Below are positions 1-9,552 of a stretch of DNA of 64,000 nt, piece by piece. Source of the stretch: an uncultured Pseudomonadota bacterium. GTDB taxonomy: Bacteria; Pseudomonadota; Alphaproteobacteria; Rs-D84. A program made the translations under genes and the position numbers. The notes under the pieces are model-generated. The model was not told the origin of the DNA. It ran no database searches and saw nothing but the letters and a program-made list of their open reading frames with translations. Where the stretch lies: contig CADBVV010000004.1 in assembly GCA_902798205.1 (NCBI GenBank), positions 21,572 through 85,571 on the forward strand, given 5' to 3'. Within the stretch, counting starts at the first letter, position 1. Every line of letters starts with the position of its first letter.

Positions 1-285
1 ATATAAATTTGATATCAATGCACTGACACCCAAAATTAACAATATGTTCGCGATATTAGAACCCAAGATATTACCAACACCGACACCTGTTGCGCCATTT
101 ATCACCGAAGAAATAGAAACCGCGGCTTCCGGGGCACTGGTTCCACAGGCAACGATTGTTAAACCTATGACTATTTCTGGAATATTAAATTTTCTGGCGA
201 CGGCAGAAGCCCCATCAACCAAAACATCGGCCCCTTTGGACAATAAAACAAAACCCAAAATTAAAAGTATAATACTTATAAACAT
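1..285 (-). CDS. CaCA-family Na+/Ca2+ antiporter (YrbG-like), N-terminal part; gene continues beyond left window edge
   Basis: Reverse-strand translation from the ATG at 285 gives MFISIILLILGFVLLSKGADVLVDGASAVARKFNIPEIVIGLTIVACGTSAPEAAVS..., which matches the alpha-1 repeat (GTSxPE) of CaCA exchangers. Absent from the ORF track because it runs off the window edge. Confidence 0.6.
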   Translation of the reverse strand, partial: MFISIILLILGFVLLSKGADVLVDGASAVARKFNIPEIVIGLTIVACGTSAPEAAVSISSVINGATGVGVGNILGSNIANILLILGVSALISNLY

Positions 286-463
286 ATTCTCTCCACATCA
301 GATTATACAAAAAACACTTTTATTTTATCAAGTTTTTTAAATATTTTACCAAATAATAGGTTTGTGTTCTTATTATGGTTGTATTTGTTGATTTTATTCT
401 CTTATAATGATAACATACCCACTGAATTGGAAAACCAAAATGGAATCAATAGGAGCACACACC

Positions 464-715
464 ATGAACCATTATCAAATCTGGCACGCCATAGAATTAT
501 TCGCCCGCGAACATGGATTATCTTGTTCCGGATTAGCAAAGCGCAGCGGATTAGATCCAACAACTTTTAATAAAAGCAAAAGATTTTCCAAATACGAACA
601 ACCACGTTGGCCATCGACCGCCAGCATATCAAAAATATTGGCCGCGACAGGTGCTGCGCCAAAAGATTTTTTTAAATTTATTACAAATGACGAATATAAA
701 AACAAACAACAATAA
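464..715 (+). CDS. small HTH-type (Cro/CI-like) DNA-binding protein
   Basis: ATG at 464 preceded by AGGAG. Product MNHYQIWHAIELFAREHGLSCSGLAKRSGLDPTTFNKSKR... has an HTH-like segment. A terminator follows. Confidence 0.4.
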   Translation: MNHYQIWHAIELFAREHGLSCSGLAKRSGLDPTTFNKSKRFSKYEQPRWPSTASISKILAATGAAPKDFFKFITNDEYKNKQQ

Positions 716-745
716 AAAAAACCGCCCAAACGGGCGGCTTTTATT
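714..745. terminator. bidirectional intrinsic terminator (CCGCCC-AAAC-GGGCGG stem-loop flanked by A and T runs) between convergent genes
   Basis: Perfect 6-bp GC stem at 722-737 with a T-run on both strands. Confidence 0.6.
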
Positions 746-2141
746 ATCTTTGACGACCAGGAGCACAATAAACGTTTTCTAATCCAGTTGTAATATCACC
801 AGTATTTTCGTCTGGACGATTTGTTCCTCCAAACGCGAACCCAAAGAACAACCCGTTGACTGTATTAGTAGAAACAAAGTTTCTGTCTGTACGATAACCT
901 TGGACAACGACTTCCGAAGGTTCGTATGGCGTATCACCATAAAAATCTGTTGCTACACTGATACGAACACCAATATTTTCGTTATTTCTATCGTTTTCTT
1001 CAAATTCTACACCACGCGATCCTTTGAAAGGTTCTTCGAAGTTTTGGCTATGAACAACGGCCAAACCATTTTCTTGTATACCAGCAGAAACGTCAAAATC
1101 CGTAATTTGTGGGTTTTGTACTTGCCATGTTGAATTAACAGCATTCAAAGAATCAACCAATGTTATTGCTACATGCCCATTGGTTTTGATAACAGTAACA
1201 CGATACCAGTTATTAAAAGGCATAACGATAGTTTCGTTTTGTGCAGCATCTACAGTCATACGTGCGGCGCCTGGATTTGTATAAACAATCTTTCTGTTAA
1301 TACCGTCTGTTTCTTCTATTTGCGCTACAGCCAAACCTTTATATGTTTCTGTTGTTGGTTTGTTTGCTTTTTTAGATTCAATCCCACCTGCATATACTCG
1401 TGAAAAATGGTAATAAGGTTCTGTCCAACCTTCAATAACACCACTTGCAACAGGCACTTCCCAATCATAAACACCTATGTCAGAATATTGTAATCTTGCT
1501 TTATAACCTTGAGATTCCATAGCAATATCAGATATTGTTGTGGATTCGTTCCATATATTCCATGTTCCTTGACCGTTTCTAATTAAATTACAAACATAAG
1601 CGTCACATCCATGGTTTTGAGCAATCTCTGCCAACTGATCCGGTGTCATATTTTGATATTGACTTTCTGGCACATAACCCATAGACCACAATTCATAACC
1701 ATATTGTGGATCATTGATTTCAAAATAATATGTTGTTTCACCAAAATCAAAGTGCGCCGTATTGTTTACAGAAAAAGCATCCTTGCGGGCATATCTTTTT
1801 GGCAAAGCATAACCCCAACGTCTTTCAACATCATGATCTGTCAAATAAGAAACCCTGCCATCAGCGTAATTTGCTTCCAATGATATATGACCATTATAAT
1901 CACGAGGTTTATAAAATTTAACACCTTCAACATTTGGCATATGCGTCATAAAAGAATCAACTGGCATATCTTGATTTGCTGACATTACACTTGGAATAAC
2001 GTATGAATTATTTATGCTTTGTGGTTCTTCTGGTGCGTTTTTATCCATTTTACAAGATGGCGTCAACCCCATAAGCCCAGCTAACACAAATGTTTTTGCC
2101 TTATTAGATTTTAAGACATTTAAAAATTTCTTTGTTTTCAT
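744..2141 (-). CDS. hypothetical secreted protein or lipoprotein (465 aa)
   Basis: Long ORF with an ATG start and an AAGGG Shine-Dalgarno. N-terminal signal peptide with an LTPSC lipobox-like motif. No recognisable catalytic motifs. Confidence 0.5.
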   Translation of the reverse strand: MKTKKFLNVLKSNKAKTFVLAGLMGLTPSCKMDKNAPEEPQSINNSYVIPSVMSANQDMPVDSFMTHMPNVEGVKFYKPRDYNGHISLEANYADGRVSYLTDHDVERRWGYALPKRYARKDAFSVNNTAHFDFGETTYYFEINDPQYGYELWSMGYVPESQYQNMTPDQLAEIAQNHGCDAYVCNLIRNGQGTWNIWNESTTISDIAMESQGYKARLQYSDIGVYDWEVPVASGVIEGWTEPYYHFSRVYAGGIESKKANKPTTETYKGLAVAQIEETDGINRKIVYTNPGAARMTVDAAQNETIVMPFNNWYRVTVIKTNGHVAITLVDSLNAVNSTWQVQNPQITDFDVSAGIQENGLAVVHSQNFEEPFKGSRGVEFEENDRNNENIGVRISVATDFYGDTPYEPSEVVVQGYRTDRNFVSTNTVNGLFFGFAFGGTNRPDENTGDITTGLENVYCAPGRQR

Positions 2142-2291
2142 TACAAAACCCTTTGATTAATTATGGTTATTTAACGGTAACCATAGCAAAGTATTTACAT
2201 ATTTCAAGAACAAAATTGACAAAAAACACTTTTGGACTGTGTTTGTATTTAACATTTACAACTTAAAATAAAACCGCCCAAATTGGAGGTT

Positions 2292-2858
2292 TTATTTTAA
2301 GTTGGTCAACAAACCTTTTTTCATCAATGCACGACGCAAACTGGTATAATGTTCAACATATGGGCGCAAATAATGATTATAAAGTGTTGAATTATTACTT
2401 ATCATTGTAACAGGTACCGATTTTTCCATACAACCACGTATAACATTTGGGGAATCATCAAAATGAATATCTGGTTTTATATCTTTTAATATATCAGATT
2501 TCAGGCCTTCTTGATCATAAACCTGGACAAAACTGCAATTGATACCGGCTTGTCTTAATTGGCGAAAAGTTTTTTCAGGTTGTTTTAATCTGCGTTCTGT
2601 CACAAATAAAACTTCTGTTTCTGGTTGTGCCATCAAAGCATTCAAAATATGTGGTATTCCCTTGTCCAGAACAGGCATTGTGTACAACATATCACTGGAC
2701 CACAAATCTATCAAATTATCACAAAGTTTCTTATCGTATATTTCATCAATATTCCAAGAAGTCTGTTTGACATAAGGGACACCTGCCCGTCTGAAAGCTT
2801 CCATGGTTAACGGTTTCATATTGAAAATTACATCATCTAAATCAAAAGTTAAAAGCAT
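2292..2858 (-). CDS. HAD-superfamily hydrolase, 5'(3')-nucleotidase-like
   Basis: N-terminal FDLDDV (DxDxV HAD motif I). 188 aa. Immediately downstream of folA on the same strand. Confidence 0.5.
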   Translation of the reverse strand: MLLTFDLDDVIFNMKPLTMEAFRRAGVPYVKQTSWNIDEIYDKKLCDNLIDLWSSDMLYTMPVLDKGIPHILNALMAQPETEVLFVTERRLKQPEKTFRQLRQAGINCSFVQVYDQEGLKSDILKDIKPDIHFDDSPNVIRGCMEKSVPVTMISNNSTLYNHYLRPYVEHYTSLRRALMKKGLLTNLK

Positions 2859-2887
2859 TACACATCCATTTATTATACAATCACAAA

Positions 2888-3448
2888 TTATCTTTGCCGA
2901 ACATATTTATAAAAGAACGCTTTGACATTCGGGTTTTCTTTTGGCAAAAGATTTTCATCAAACGGTACCGCGTATTTAGTCCATTTTAAATTATCAAAAT
3001 TGTATGGAAAATATGTATTAGTTTTTTTGTTCGATGCAATCTGTTTTTTTAATGTTTCGTCAAACAAATATATTTGTGTCACATACATAACATCTATCAA
3101 ATCTTTTTCCAGCGAATAATTATAAAGAACCGCACCACCACACACAAAAACCCGGTCCACATTGCCGCACTGCTTTATACCTTCTTCCAGTGAAGGGGCA
3201 TGCAAAACATCACCATTTTTTTCAATTTTATATGAACGTGAACACACGATATTCAAACGCCCTGGCAATGGTTTTATTGACAAGTTTTCATAAGCGGTTT
3301 TCCCAAATATACATGGTGCCCCCATTGTCATAGTTTTAAAGAAAAACAGGTCCTGTTTACTGTGCCAAGGCATAGTGCCACCACACCCGATAAGATTATC
3401 CGGTCCAATTGCAACAATTCCACAAACAATCGGCTTTTTATTTTTCAC
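2888..3448 (-). CDS. folA: dihydrofolate reductase
   Basis: IVAIGxDNLIGcGGTMPW, PLPGRLNIV and VCGGAVLY motifs are typical of DHFR. The ORF-track start at 3448 is a GTG, so the start is uncertain. Confidence 0.7.
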   Translation of the reverse strand: MKNKKPIVCGIVAIGPDNLIGCGGTMPWHSKQDLFFFKTMTMGAPCIFGKTAYENLSIKPLPGRLNIVCSRSYKIEKNGDVLHAPSLEEGIKQCGNVDRVFVCGGAVLYNYSLEKDLIDVMYVTQIYLFDETLKKQIASNKKTNTYFPYNFDNLKWTKYAVPFDENLLPKENPNVKAFFYKYVRQR

Positions 3449-3714
3449 AAGCGAATATGTACCACAGAGAAATCTTTTTTCAAGCGTTTTGTCGCACAGG
3501 AATTTAAAAAACTTGATTTTGTTTTTTGGTGTGCTAATCTTTGTTTCCCTTGCCCCCTAAAAAAGAGGTATAAATATGGCAAAAAAACAAAAAAACGATA
3601 TGTTACAAATTGAAAATTGGGCCGCGTTGCCAATTATAGTCAATGGAACAAAAGCTCTTAAATTTTTTCAAACTAATTTGGCATACATAGCCCATACAAC
3701 CCAAAGATATTAAA

Positions 3715-4308
3715 ATGATTAAAGTCGCTGCTGCCGTTATAAAATACGAAGACAAAGTATTATTGATGCGTCGTGCACCGGGCCAAAAACATGCCGGCAC
3801 ATGGGAATTCCCAGGCGGCAAAGTCGAAAATGGCGAACGCACATCTGCCGCCCTTGCACGCGAATTAGACGAAGAATTGTACATAAAAGCCAAAATTGGC
3901 AAATTGATAACATCTGTATCCGATGGCGAATACGAAATATTTGCATATGATGTTAAATATTTTGACGGGCTTATAAAATTACATGTCCACGATGATATGC
4001 AATGGGTAACATTAACAGACGCTTTAAAATACAATTTATTACCAGCAGACCGCAAAATCGTTTTGCACATGACAAAAACCAAAGAACAATCCAAACCCAA
4101 ATTGTCTTTGCAATCTGTAATTAATCAAATTATTGAACAACCTGTGTTTGATGAAAAAATAAAATTATACGTTGTTGCAATAAAAAACATTTTCTTTGGC
4201 ACTACACGTTATTTTAATAACCAACACAGCGCAATGCAATTTTATATGGATACGGTACGCGATATTGTAAAAACAGTGCAAAACACCCAAATGATACGCC
4301 AGAAATAA
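3715..4308 (+). CDS. Nudix hydrolase (MutT-like) with C-terminal extension
   Basis: Nudix box GGKVENGERTSAALARELDEEL. ATG start. Confidence 0.7.
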   Translation: MIKVAAAVIKYEDKVLLMRRAPGQKHAGTWEFPGGKVENGERTSAALARELDEELYIKAKIGKLITSVSDGEYEIFAYDVKYFDGLIKLHVHDDMQWVTLTDALKYNLLPADRKIVLHMTKTKEQSKPKLSLQSVINQIIEQPVFDEKIKLYVVAIKNIFFGTTRYFNNQHSAMQFYMDTVRDIVKTVQNTQMIRQK

Positions 4309-4331
4309 ACATTGAATATATTTAAAAACCT

Positions 4332-4368
4332 AGGGATTTAAACAATTTGTTTAGATCCCTGTTTTTTT
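4332..4368 (+). terminator. intrinsic terminator after the Nudix gene
   Basis: AGGGAT...ATCCCT hairpin followed by GTTTTTTT. Confidence 0.5.
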
Positions 4369-4476
4369 ACATAATTGCATTGTGGATTTGGATATTGAAA
4401 AATGAACATTTTGTTTTCCAATTCAAACACCAAGTAAGAAAATATCCAAATTCACATTTTTTATACAAAAAATAAA

Positions 4477-4503
4477 ATCACCTTTCGGTGATTTAATTTT
4501 TTT
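4477..4503 (-). terminator. intrinsic terminator immediately downstream of the tRNA-Lys 3' fragment
   Basis: ATCACC-TTTC-GGTGAT hairpin followed by a T-run in the minus direction. This is the typical native terminator position after a tRNA gene. Confidence 0.5.
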
Positions 4504-4552
4504 GGTGGAGGCACAGGGACTCGAACCCTGGACCCAATGATTAAAAGTCATT
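4503..4552 (-). pseudogene. tRNA-Lys(UUU) 3' half (anticodon arm to CCA), 5' half missing; att-site relic
   Basis: Minus strand reads AATGA-CTTTTAA-TCATT (anticodon UUU), GGGTC, CAGGG-TTCGAGT-CCCTG, TGCCTCC-A-CCA. No D-arm or 5' acceptor strand lies upstream. Confidence 0.6.
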
Positions 4553-5173
4553 TGAATTTTGACTGTTTCTTAACTTTTTACGCGAAGTATAACCCGTGGC
4601 ATAGAACCAATCATCTATCATTGACAAAGTGGTTTCAATATAACGCGCAATTTCACGTGGCGAATTGTGGTATTTGCATTCATTTAAAATCTGATTTAAT
4701 TCTTGGGCGATAAAAGACAATATTTGCGTATGCTGTGGGTCCAACACTTCGATTTTATCAGATTTATAAAGCAAATCTTCCAATAAATGCAATTGTTTGC
4801 GAATTGCACGCAGGTATTTCGCATCCAGATTTAATTTTTTGTAATTCAAGTTAATATCTTGCATCGGGACTTCTATTCTGGTCAAACCGATTATATTTTT
4901 CATTTGGGTTAAAATTTTGAACAAATAACCATCCAATGTATTAATAAGGCTGGTATGTTGATGACGATGCACACGACGTGTTATCAAGAAATTAGAATAA
5001 TCATAAAACAAAAACACCAGCGGAATCGCCAAAAGCGATGCTGCAACATTGTCCATTAAATCTATCCAACCCGGATCATGCAGATAATCTTGGGAAACAT
5101 CAAAAACAATTACACCGCCCGCAATGGATAAAACATAAGGTATAGATTTCAAAAAAACATTCATTAAAACCAT
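4541..5173 (-). CDS. hypothetical membrane-anchored protein (210 aa); 3' end overlaps tRNA-Lys relic
   Basis: ATG start. Hydrophobic N-terminus. The last codons are encoded by the tRNA-derived sequence. Confidence 0.4.
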   Translation of the reverse strand: MVLMNVFLKSIPYVLSIAGGVIVFDVSQDYLHDPGWIDLMDNVAASLLAIPLVFLFYDYSNFLITRRVHRHQHTSLINTLDGYLFKILTQMKNIIGLTRIEVPMQDINLNYKKLNLDAKYLRAIRKQLHLLEDLLYKSDKIEVLDPQHTQILSFIAQELNQILNECKYHNSPREIARYIETTLSMIDDWFYATGYTSRKKLRNSQNSNDF

Positions 5174-5310
5174 AAGGCAAATTATACGATTTTTTATAAA
5201 ATTTGATACAGGAACAAAACCCCAACAAAAACCATAAGCACACTTGAAAACACCCCGTAAAAATGCTATAATTATAGTGTTGGGTGTGGTGTATACCCAA
5301 GGGGTGTTTT

Positions 5311-7446
5311 ATGGCAAAGACGTTAGACGACAAATTATTTGATTTTTTAGCCCAGCTGCATTTTAATTTAATGCCGCCGGAAGTCCGTGCGCGCTTTAAC
5401 GACTATTCCAAAAACAATGATTTTCAAGGTCACATGCGTCATTGGAAAGATAATTATGTAAATGGCATGTTACCAGACTTATTAAACCCTGCCCCTGCCG
5501 GTTCTGGTGTGGTAAACGAACACCAATTAACCCCAGACGAATGGGAAAAATTATATTTTGCTTTCCAAAAAACATTCCAGAATATGGATATTGCAAAAAA
5601 TCCTGAAATTGGATTTGCCAGCGAATATAACAAAGCCACAAAAGACTTTATTGCCAAATGGTTTGGAAACGATAAATTATTTGCAAAAGATAAAGCCATA
5701 GGGGATGTTGAAAAAAAATTAACTGGACCCACCGTTCCCCCTGGTAATAGTTTAGCAGAATTCTTGCGAGCCAACCGCAGATCTTTGGAAATTATCTTCA
5801 AAACTAACAACGTTATTTCTGCTGATTTTTCTTATGACTCTTTGGTCAAGGGATTGGAAAAGAAAGAATACAATACAGATTCAAAATTCAGAAACAATCT
5901 TGAAACTGTGATTAGTTATATCAATGGATATGGACCAGCTGCTGGTGGCGGGGTTGGTGTTGCTGGATATTGGCCTGCAGGTCTTGGAATGGTACCGGCT
6001 ATAGATTTTGGCGCTCTTCCAACTGATTATAAAGATTGGTTTGAAGCATCAATTGATTATAACCCACCACGTGCAACAAACCGTATTCAAGATTTCCAAG
6101 TTGAATATTCAAATATTTTCAGTGAATTATTACATTCTAAAAATTCCAAAATTCTTGAAAAATTTATGGCACAAGCGGACTCTACTATAAGCAAACCGCT
6201 TAAAGCCGCCATAGAACAAACAGATTACGCGAATAAAGATTCAAAAGATTTTGTACCTGAAAAATATCCAGATGAAAAAAATTGGGTTCAAGAATTACAA
6301 GATTTGAAAGACGATACATACGAAGATTATTTTCGTAAATTCACAAACCCAAGTCGTGGGACACGTATATTTTTCAGTCCTTGGGCTCAAAATATAATAA
6401 AAGCTTTTGACAAAGAAAAAATCAAACCAACCGATGGTATAGAAGGCATATTATCTAAAAAAGATGCCATATTAAAAAGATTGCAAACTTCTGCAACGGC
6501 AACCACCCATTTTAAATGGTTCACTGACAAAATGGAACAGTTGAAAAACGATATGCCAAAGGCATTCGAAGGTGCTTTGCGTAATGGTTCACAAATGCGC
6601 GCTTTGGTTTCTGCTTTGATACAACAAGCGGTCAAAGAAGGCAAAATCGAAGAAGCCAAGACGGCTATGGAAGTATTATCTGTCGCAAAATATGGTTTAT
6701 TATGCAGCAGAACATTTGATAAATTAAGAGAAGCCACAAAAGACTTAAAAATCCTGTCTGATGAAAAGTTATCGTGGAACAAAGGTCCTGTTAAAGATGT
6801 AACTACCATAATAGACAAAACCGCACGCGCGGCATTGATTGGTGCTGCTGGGGCTTTCACAATAGCACGCAATGCGTTTCAACTTAGCCGAACAAAAATC
6901 GGTGCAGATCTGTCAAAGAATAAAATATTGAACGAAGGTCACAAAAGTTGGAATGAAGAAGATACATTAAAAGCAGCACGCGACAAACAAACAAAAGCAG
7001 TTGAAACACTGGCAAACTTGGCCACAGGTCATGGTCCCGGGAAATCTGGCACAACAATAAATGATGCCGCAACTTTGGCAGCCGCAGAAGCGGCATTGGG
7101 CGCGATGGCACCAGGAACCGATCCACATAAAAAACTTAAAAAAGATATAGAAGCGTATAAACAAGCCGTCATAGATCAACATGATGCGCCACTCAAAATT
7201 CGCGAAATCGAGGCCCGTCAAAGAATCCGTACACTTCCTACAAACGCCAAAGACGACCCGTACAGACAACTGATCGCTTATTGGGATATGTTGGAAACAT
7301 TTTCAATGTCACACTCTTTCACATTGGGCAGCATGTCCGCGAAACGCAAAGCGTTGTTGAATGGTTGGGATGACAAAAAAAGTTTGGCACAAGAAAATGC
7401 AAAGGCATATCTGGATAATTATGCCAACATCAGAACCGCTGCTTGA
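5311..7446 (+). CDS. hypothetical large protein (711 aa), no recognisable domains
   Basis: ATG at 5311 with a GGGG Shine-Dalgarno-like sequence; the ORF-track start at 5284 is a GTG. Long uninterrupted ORF with a Gly-rich segment. Confidence 0.5.
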   Translation: MAKTLDDKLFDFLAQLHFNLMPPEVRARFNDYSKNNDFQGHMRHWKDNYVNGMLPDLLNPAPAGSGVVNEHQLTPDEWEKLYFAFQKTFQNMDIAKNPEIGFASEYNKATKDFIAKWFGNDKLFAKDKAIGDVEKKLTGPTVPPGNSLAEFLRANRRSLEIIFKTNNVISADFSYDSLVKGLEKKEYNTDSKFRNNLETVISYINGYGPAAGGGVGVAGYWPAGLGMVPAIDFGALPTDYKDWFEASIDYNPPRATNRIQDFQVEYSNIFSELLHSKNSKILEKFMAQADSTISKPLKAAIEQTDYANKDSKDFVPEKYPDEKNWVQELQDLKDDTYEDYFRKFTNPSRGTRIFFSPWAQNIIKAFDKEKIKPTDGIEGILSKKDAILKRLQTSATATTHFKWFTDKMEQLKNDMPKAFEGALRNGSQMRALVSALIQQAVKEGKIEEAKTAMEVLSVAKYGLLCSRTFDKLREATKDLKILSDEKLSWNKGPVKDVTTIIDKTARAALIGAAGAFTIARNAFQLSRTKIGADLSKNKILNEGHKSWNEEDTLKAARDKQTKAVETLANLATGHGPGKSGTTINDAATLAAAEAALGAMAPGTDPHKKLKKDIEAYKQAVIDQHDAPLKIREIEARQRIRTLPTNAKDDPYRQLIAYWDMLETFSMSHSFTLGSMSAKRKALLNGWDDKKSLAQENAKAYLDNYANIRTAA

Positions 7447-7544
7447 TTTTTATATTAATTTGTGATATAATATAACGCAAGTTGGGACGCCTTTTTGGGT
7501 GTCTTTTTTTATTTTCCAAACATTTTTAACTAAAAGGATTTAAT

Positions 7545-8126
7545 ATGACACGAATTCTGCAGATTCGTCGCGGTACGTCCGCACAAAATGATAATTTTAC
7601 CGGTATGACTGGTGAAATAACTATGGATACAACAAACAAAACTATTCGCATACACGATGGTGAAACATTGGGCGGTTTTGCCCTGGCCCGCGCAGATGCG
7701 ATAAATGAAAACAATGAAATAGAAGTTTTTGATATAAATTCTGTTCCTGATACTTTCTGGCAAAATTTGTTTTCGACATACCAAACCAACGGTATTCATT
7801 CACAATCTTCTGTGTTGATGAGTGTTTTGAATAATGCGACTTTCTGTGATGATTCTTTCCCGGAATTGACCGCTTTGCCATTATATGCACGCGCATTTTT
7901 GGTATGTCAATCTGACGACGCAGGATACACCACTGGCGATGAAACAAGTGCATTTGGAATTGGTGATTATTCTTGTCCGCCAATTTATTGCTATATTGCC
8001 AATGATGTTTTACATGCCCGTTTATTTTGTGGTTCGCAAACATTTTGGATTCCACACAAAACAACAGGCGTAAAAACAAATCTGACAACAAACAATTGGA
8101 AAGTAAAAATCACAGTTTATTATTGA
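7545..8126 (+). CDS. phage tail-fibre-like protein (N-terminal RRGT...GE...DT..IHDGETLGG domain)
   Basis: N-terminus LQIRRGTSAQNDNFTGMTGEITMDTTNKTIRIHDGETLGG matches the conserved tail-fibre / host-specificity N-domain seen in phages and gene transfer agents (GTAs). Confidence 0.45.
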   Translation: MTRILQIRRGTSAQNDNFTGMTGEITMDTTNKTIRIHDGETLGGFALARADAINENNEIEVFDINSVPDTFWQNLFSTYQTNGIHSQSSVLMSVLNNATFCDDSFPELTALPLYARAFLVCQSDDAGYTTGDETSAFGIGDYSCPPIYCYIANDVLHARLFCGSQTFWIPHKTTGVKTNLTTNNWKVKITVYY

Positions 8127-8218
8127 AACAATTAAAATCATTTGCTATTGTTATCGGCGTAAAACAAGATAATCACCCTTCGCCAAGGCTATGGGTGACC
8201 AGCAAAAAGGATAACATA

Positions 8219-9466
8219 ATGTACATACTTGCTTTGAATTGTGGTTCATCTTCCCTGAAATACCAGGTGTTTGATGCAGATACTAAAACAGCCATTGTTG
8301 GCGGAAATGTTGAAAAAATCGGTTTGGCTGATTCTTTTGTGACACAAAAATATCCAGACGGTCACAAAGATAAAAAAGTGACCGAAATGAAAGACCACAA
8401 AGAAGCATTAAGTGTTGTTATGCAAATGTTACGCGAAGCTTCTATTGATATGAACGAAATTGGTGGTGTTGGCCATCGTGTTGTTATGGGTGGTGATAAA
8501 TTTGCTTCTTCTGTCGAAGTCACAGATGAAGTTATTAAAACTTTGCGTGAATTGACACCATTGGCACCATTGCATAACCCAAGTGGTATTTTGGGCATTG
8601 TCACAGCACAACAATTGTTGCCAAACGCAAAACAGGTTGCTGTATTTGATACTGCGTTCCACCAAACAATGAAACCTGCATCTTACCGTTATCCTGTGCC
8701 AAAAGAATGGTACACAGAATTGGGTGTTCGCAGATACGGTTTCCATGGAACATCACATTTGTATGTTTCTAAACGCGCTGCGGCTATGTTGGGCAAACCT
8801 GCATCTGAATGCAATTTAATCACTGCGCACATTGGTTCTGGTGCATCTATCACAGCAATCAAAAACGGTGTTAGTGTAGATACATCTATGGGTATGACAC
8901 CAACCGCAGGATTGATGATGGGAACACGTTGTGGCGATATCGATCCATCTATTCCATCTTATGTTGCAGCACGTAAAGGTTTGTCTATTGAAACAGTTCA
9001 AAACGAATTGAATAAAAAATCTGGTTTGATGGGCGTAACAACATGCTACAGCGATGGTCGCGATGTCAAAGAAAACCAAGAATGCAATGATGATTGCAAA
9101 CTGGCATTGGAAATGCAGGCACAAACTGTGAAAAAATTCATCGGTGCATATATTGCAGAATTGGGACATGTTGATGCATTGGTTTTGACCGCTGGCGTTT
9201 GCGAAAACGATGAATACATGCGTGAAAAATTCTGCGAAGGATTGGAAGAATTGGGCATAAAAATGGACAAAGAAGCCAACAAAAACATCAGCCGCGATGT
9301 TCCAGAAGCAGTTTTAAGCACACCTGATTCCCGTATCAAAATCTTTAAGATTGCAACAAACGAAGAATTGGTCATCGTCGAAGATACATTGGCAATAATG
9401 AACGGCACATACAACGCCGACCATTTGAAAATGGCATATTCATTTGCACAACAAAAAGAAAGATAA
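8219..9466 (+). CDS. ackA: acetate kinase
   Basis: MYILALNCGSSSLKYQVF N-terminus and further acetate/propionate kinase motifs. ATG at 8219 with an AAAGG Shine-Dalgarno. The ORF-track N-terminal extension from 8027 is considered spurious. Confidence 0.85.
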   Translation: MYILALNCGSSSLKYQVFDADTKTAIVGGNVEKIGLADSFVTQKYPDGHKDKKVTEMKDHKEALSVVMQMLREASIDMNEIGGVGHRVVMGGDKFASSVEVTDEVIKTLRELTPLAPLHNPSGILGIVTAQQLLPNAKQVAVFDTAFHQTMKPASYRYPVPKEWYTELGVRRYGFHGTSHLYVSKRAAAMLGKPASECNLITAHIGSGASITAIKNGVSVDTSMGMTPTAGLMMGTRCGDIDPSIPSYVAARKGLSIETVQNELNKKSGLMGVTTCYSDGRDVKENQECNDDCKLALEMQAQTVKKFIGAYIAELGHVDALVLTAGVCENDEYMREKFCEGLEELGIKMDKEANKNISRDVPEAVLSTPDSRIKIFKIATNEELVIVEDTLAIMNGTYNADHLKMAYSFAQQKER

Positions 9467-9487
9467 TTGATTGCTTATAAAAATAAA

Positions 9488-9516
9488 ATCGGTGGGGGTT
9501 CCCACCGGTTTTTTTA
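9488..9516 (+). terminator. intrinsic terminator after ackA
   Basis: CGGTGGG-GGTT-CCCACCG hairpin followed by TTTTTTT. Confidence 0.7.
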
Positions 9517-9552
9517 TTGAATTAACCTGTTATATTTTGCTAAATTTAGAAT

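Noticed and set aside
2268-2297. Terminator call for AAAACCGCCCAAATTGGAGGTTTT
   Set aside because: The stem is not complementary (CCGCCC vs GGAGG). It is probably a mutated copy of the recurrent hairpin. Only a weak AAAACC/GGTTTT stem remains.
8027-8218. N-terminal 64-aa extension of ackA in the ORF track
   Set aside because: The conserved acetate kinase N-terminus (MYILALNCGSSSLKY) begins at the ATG at 8219, which has its own Shine-Dalgarno. The extension overlaps the preceding gene's end.
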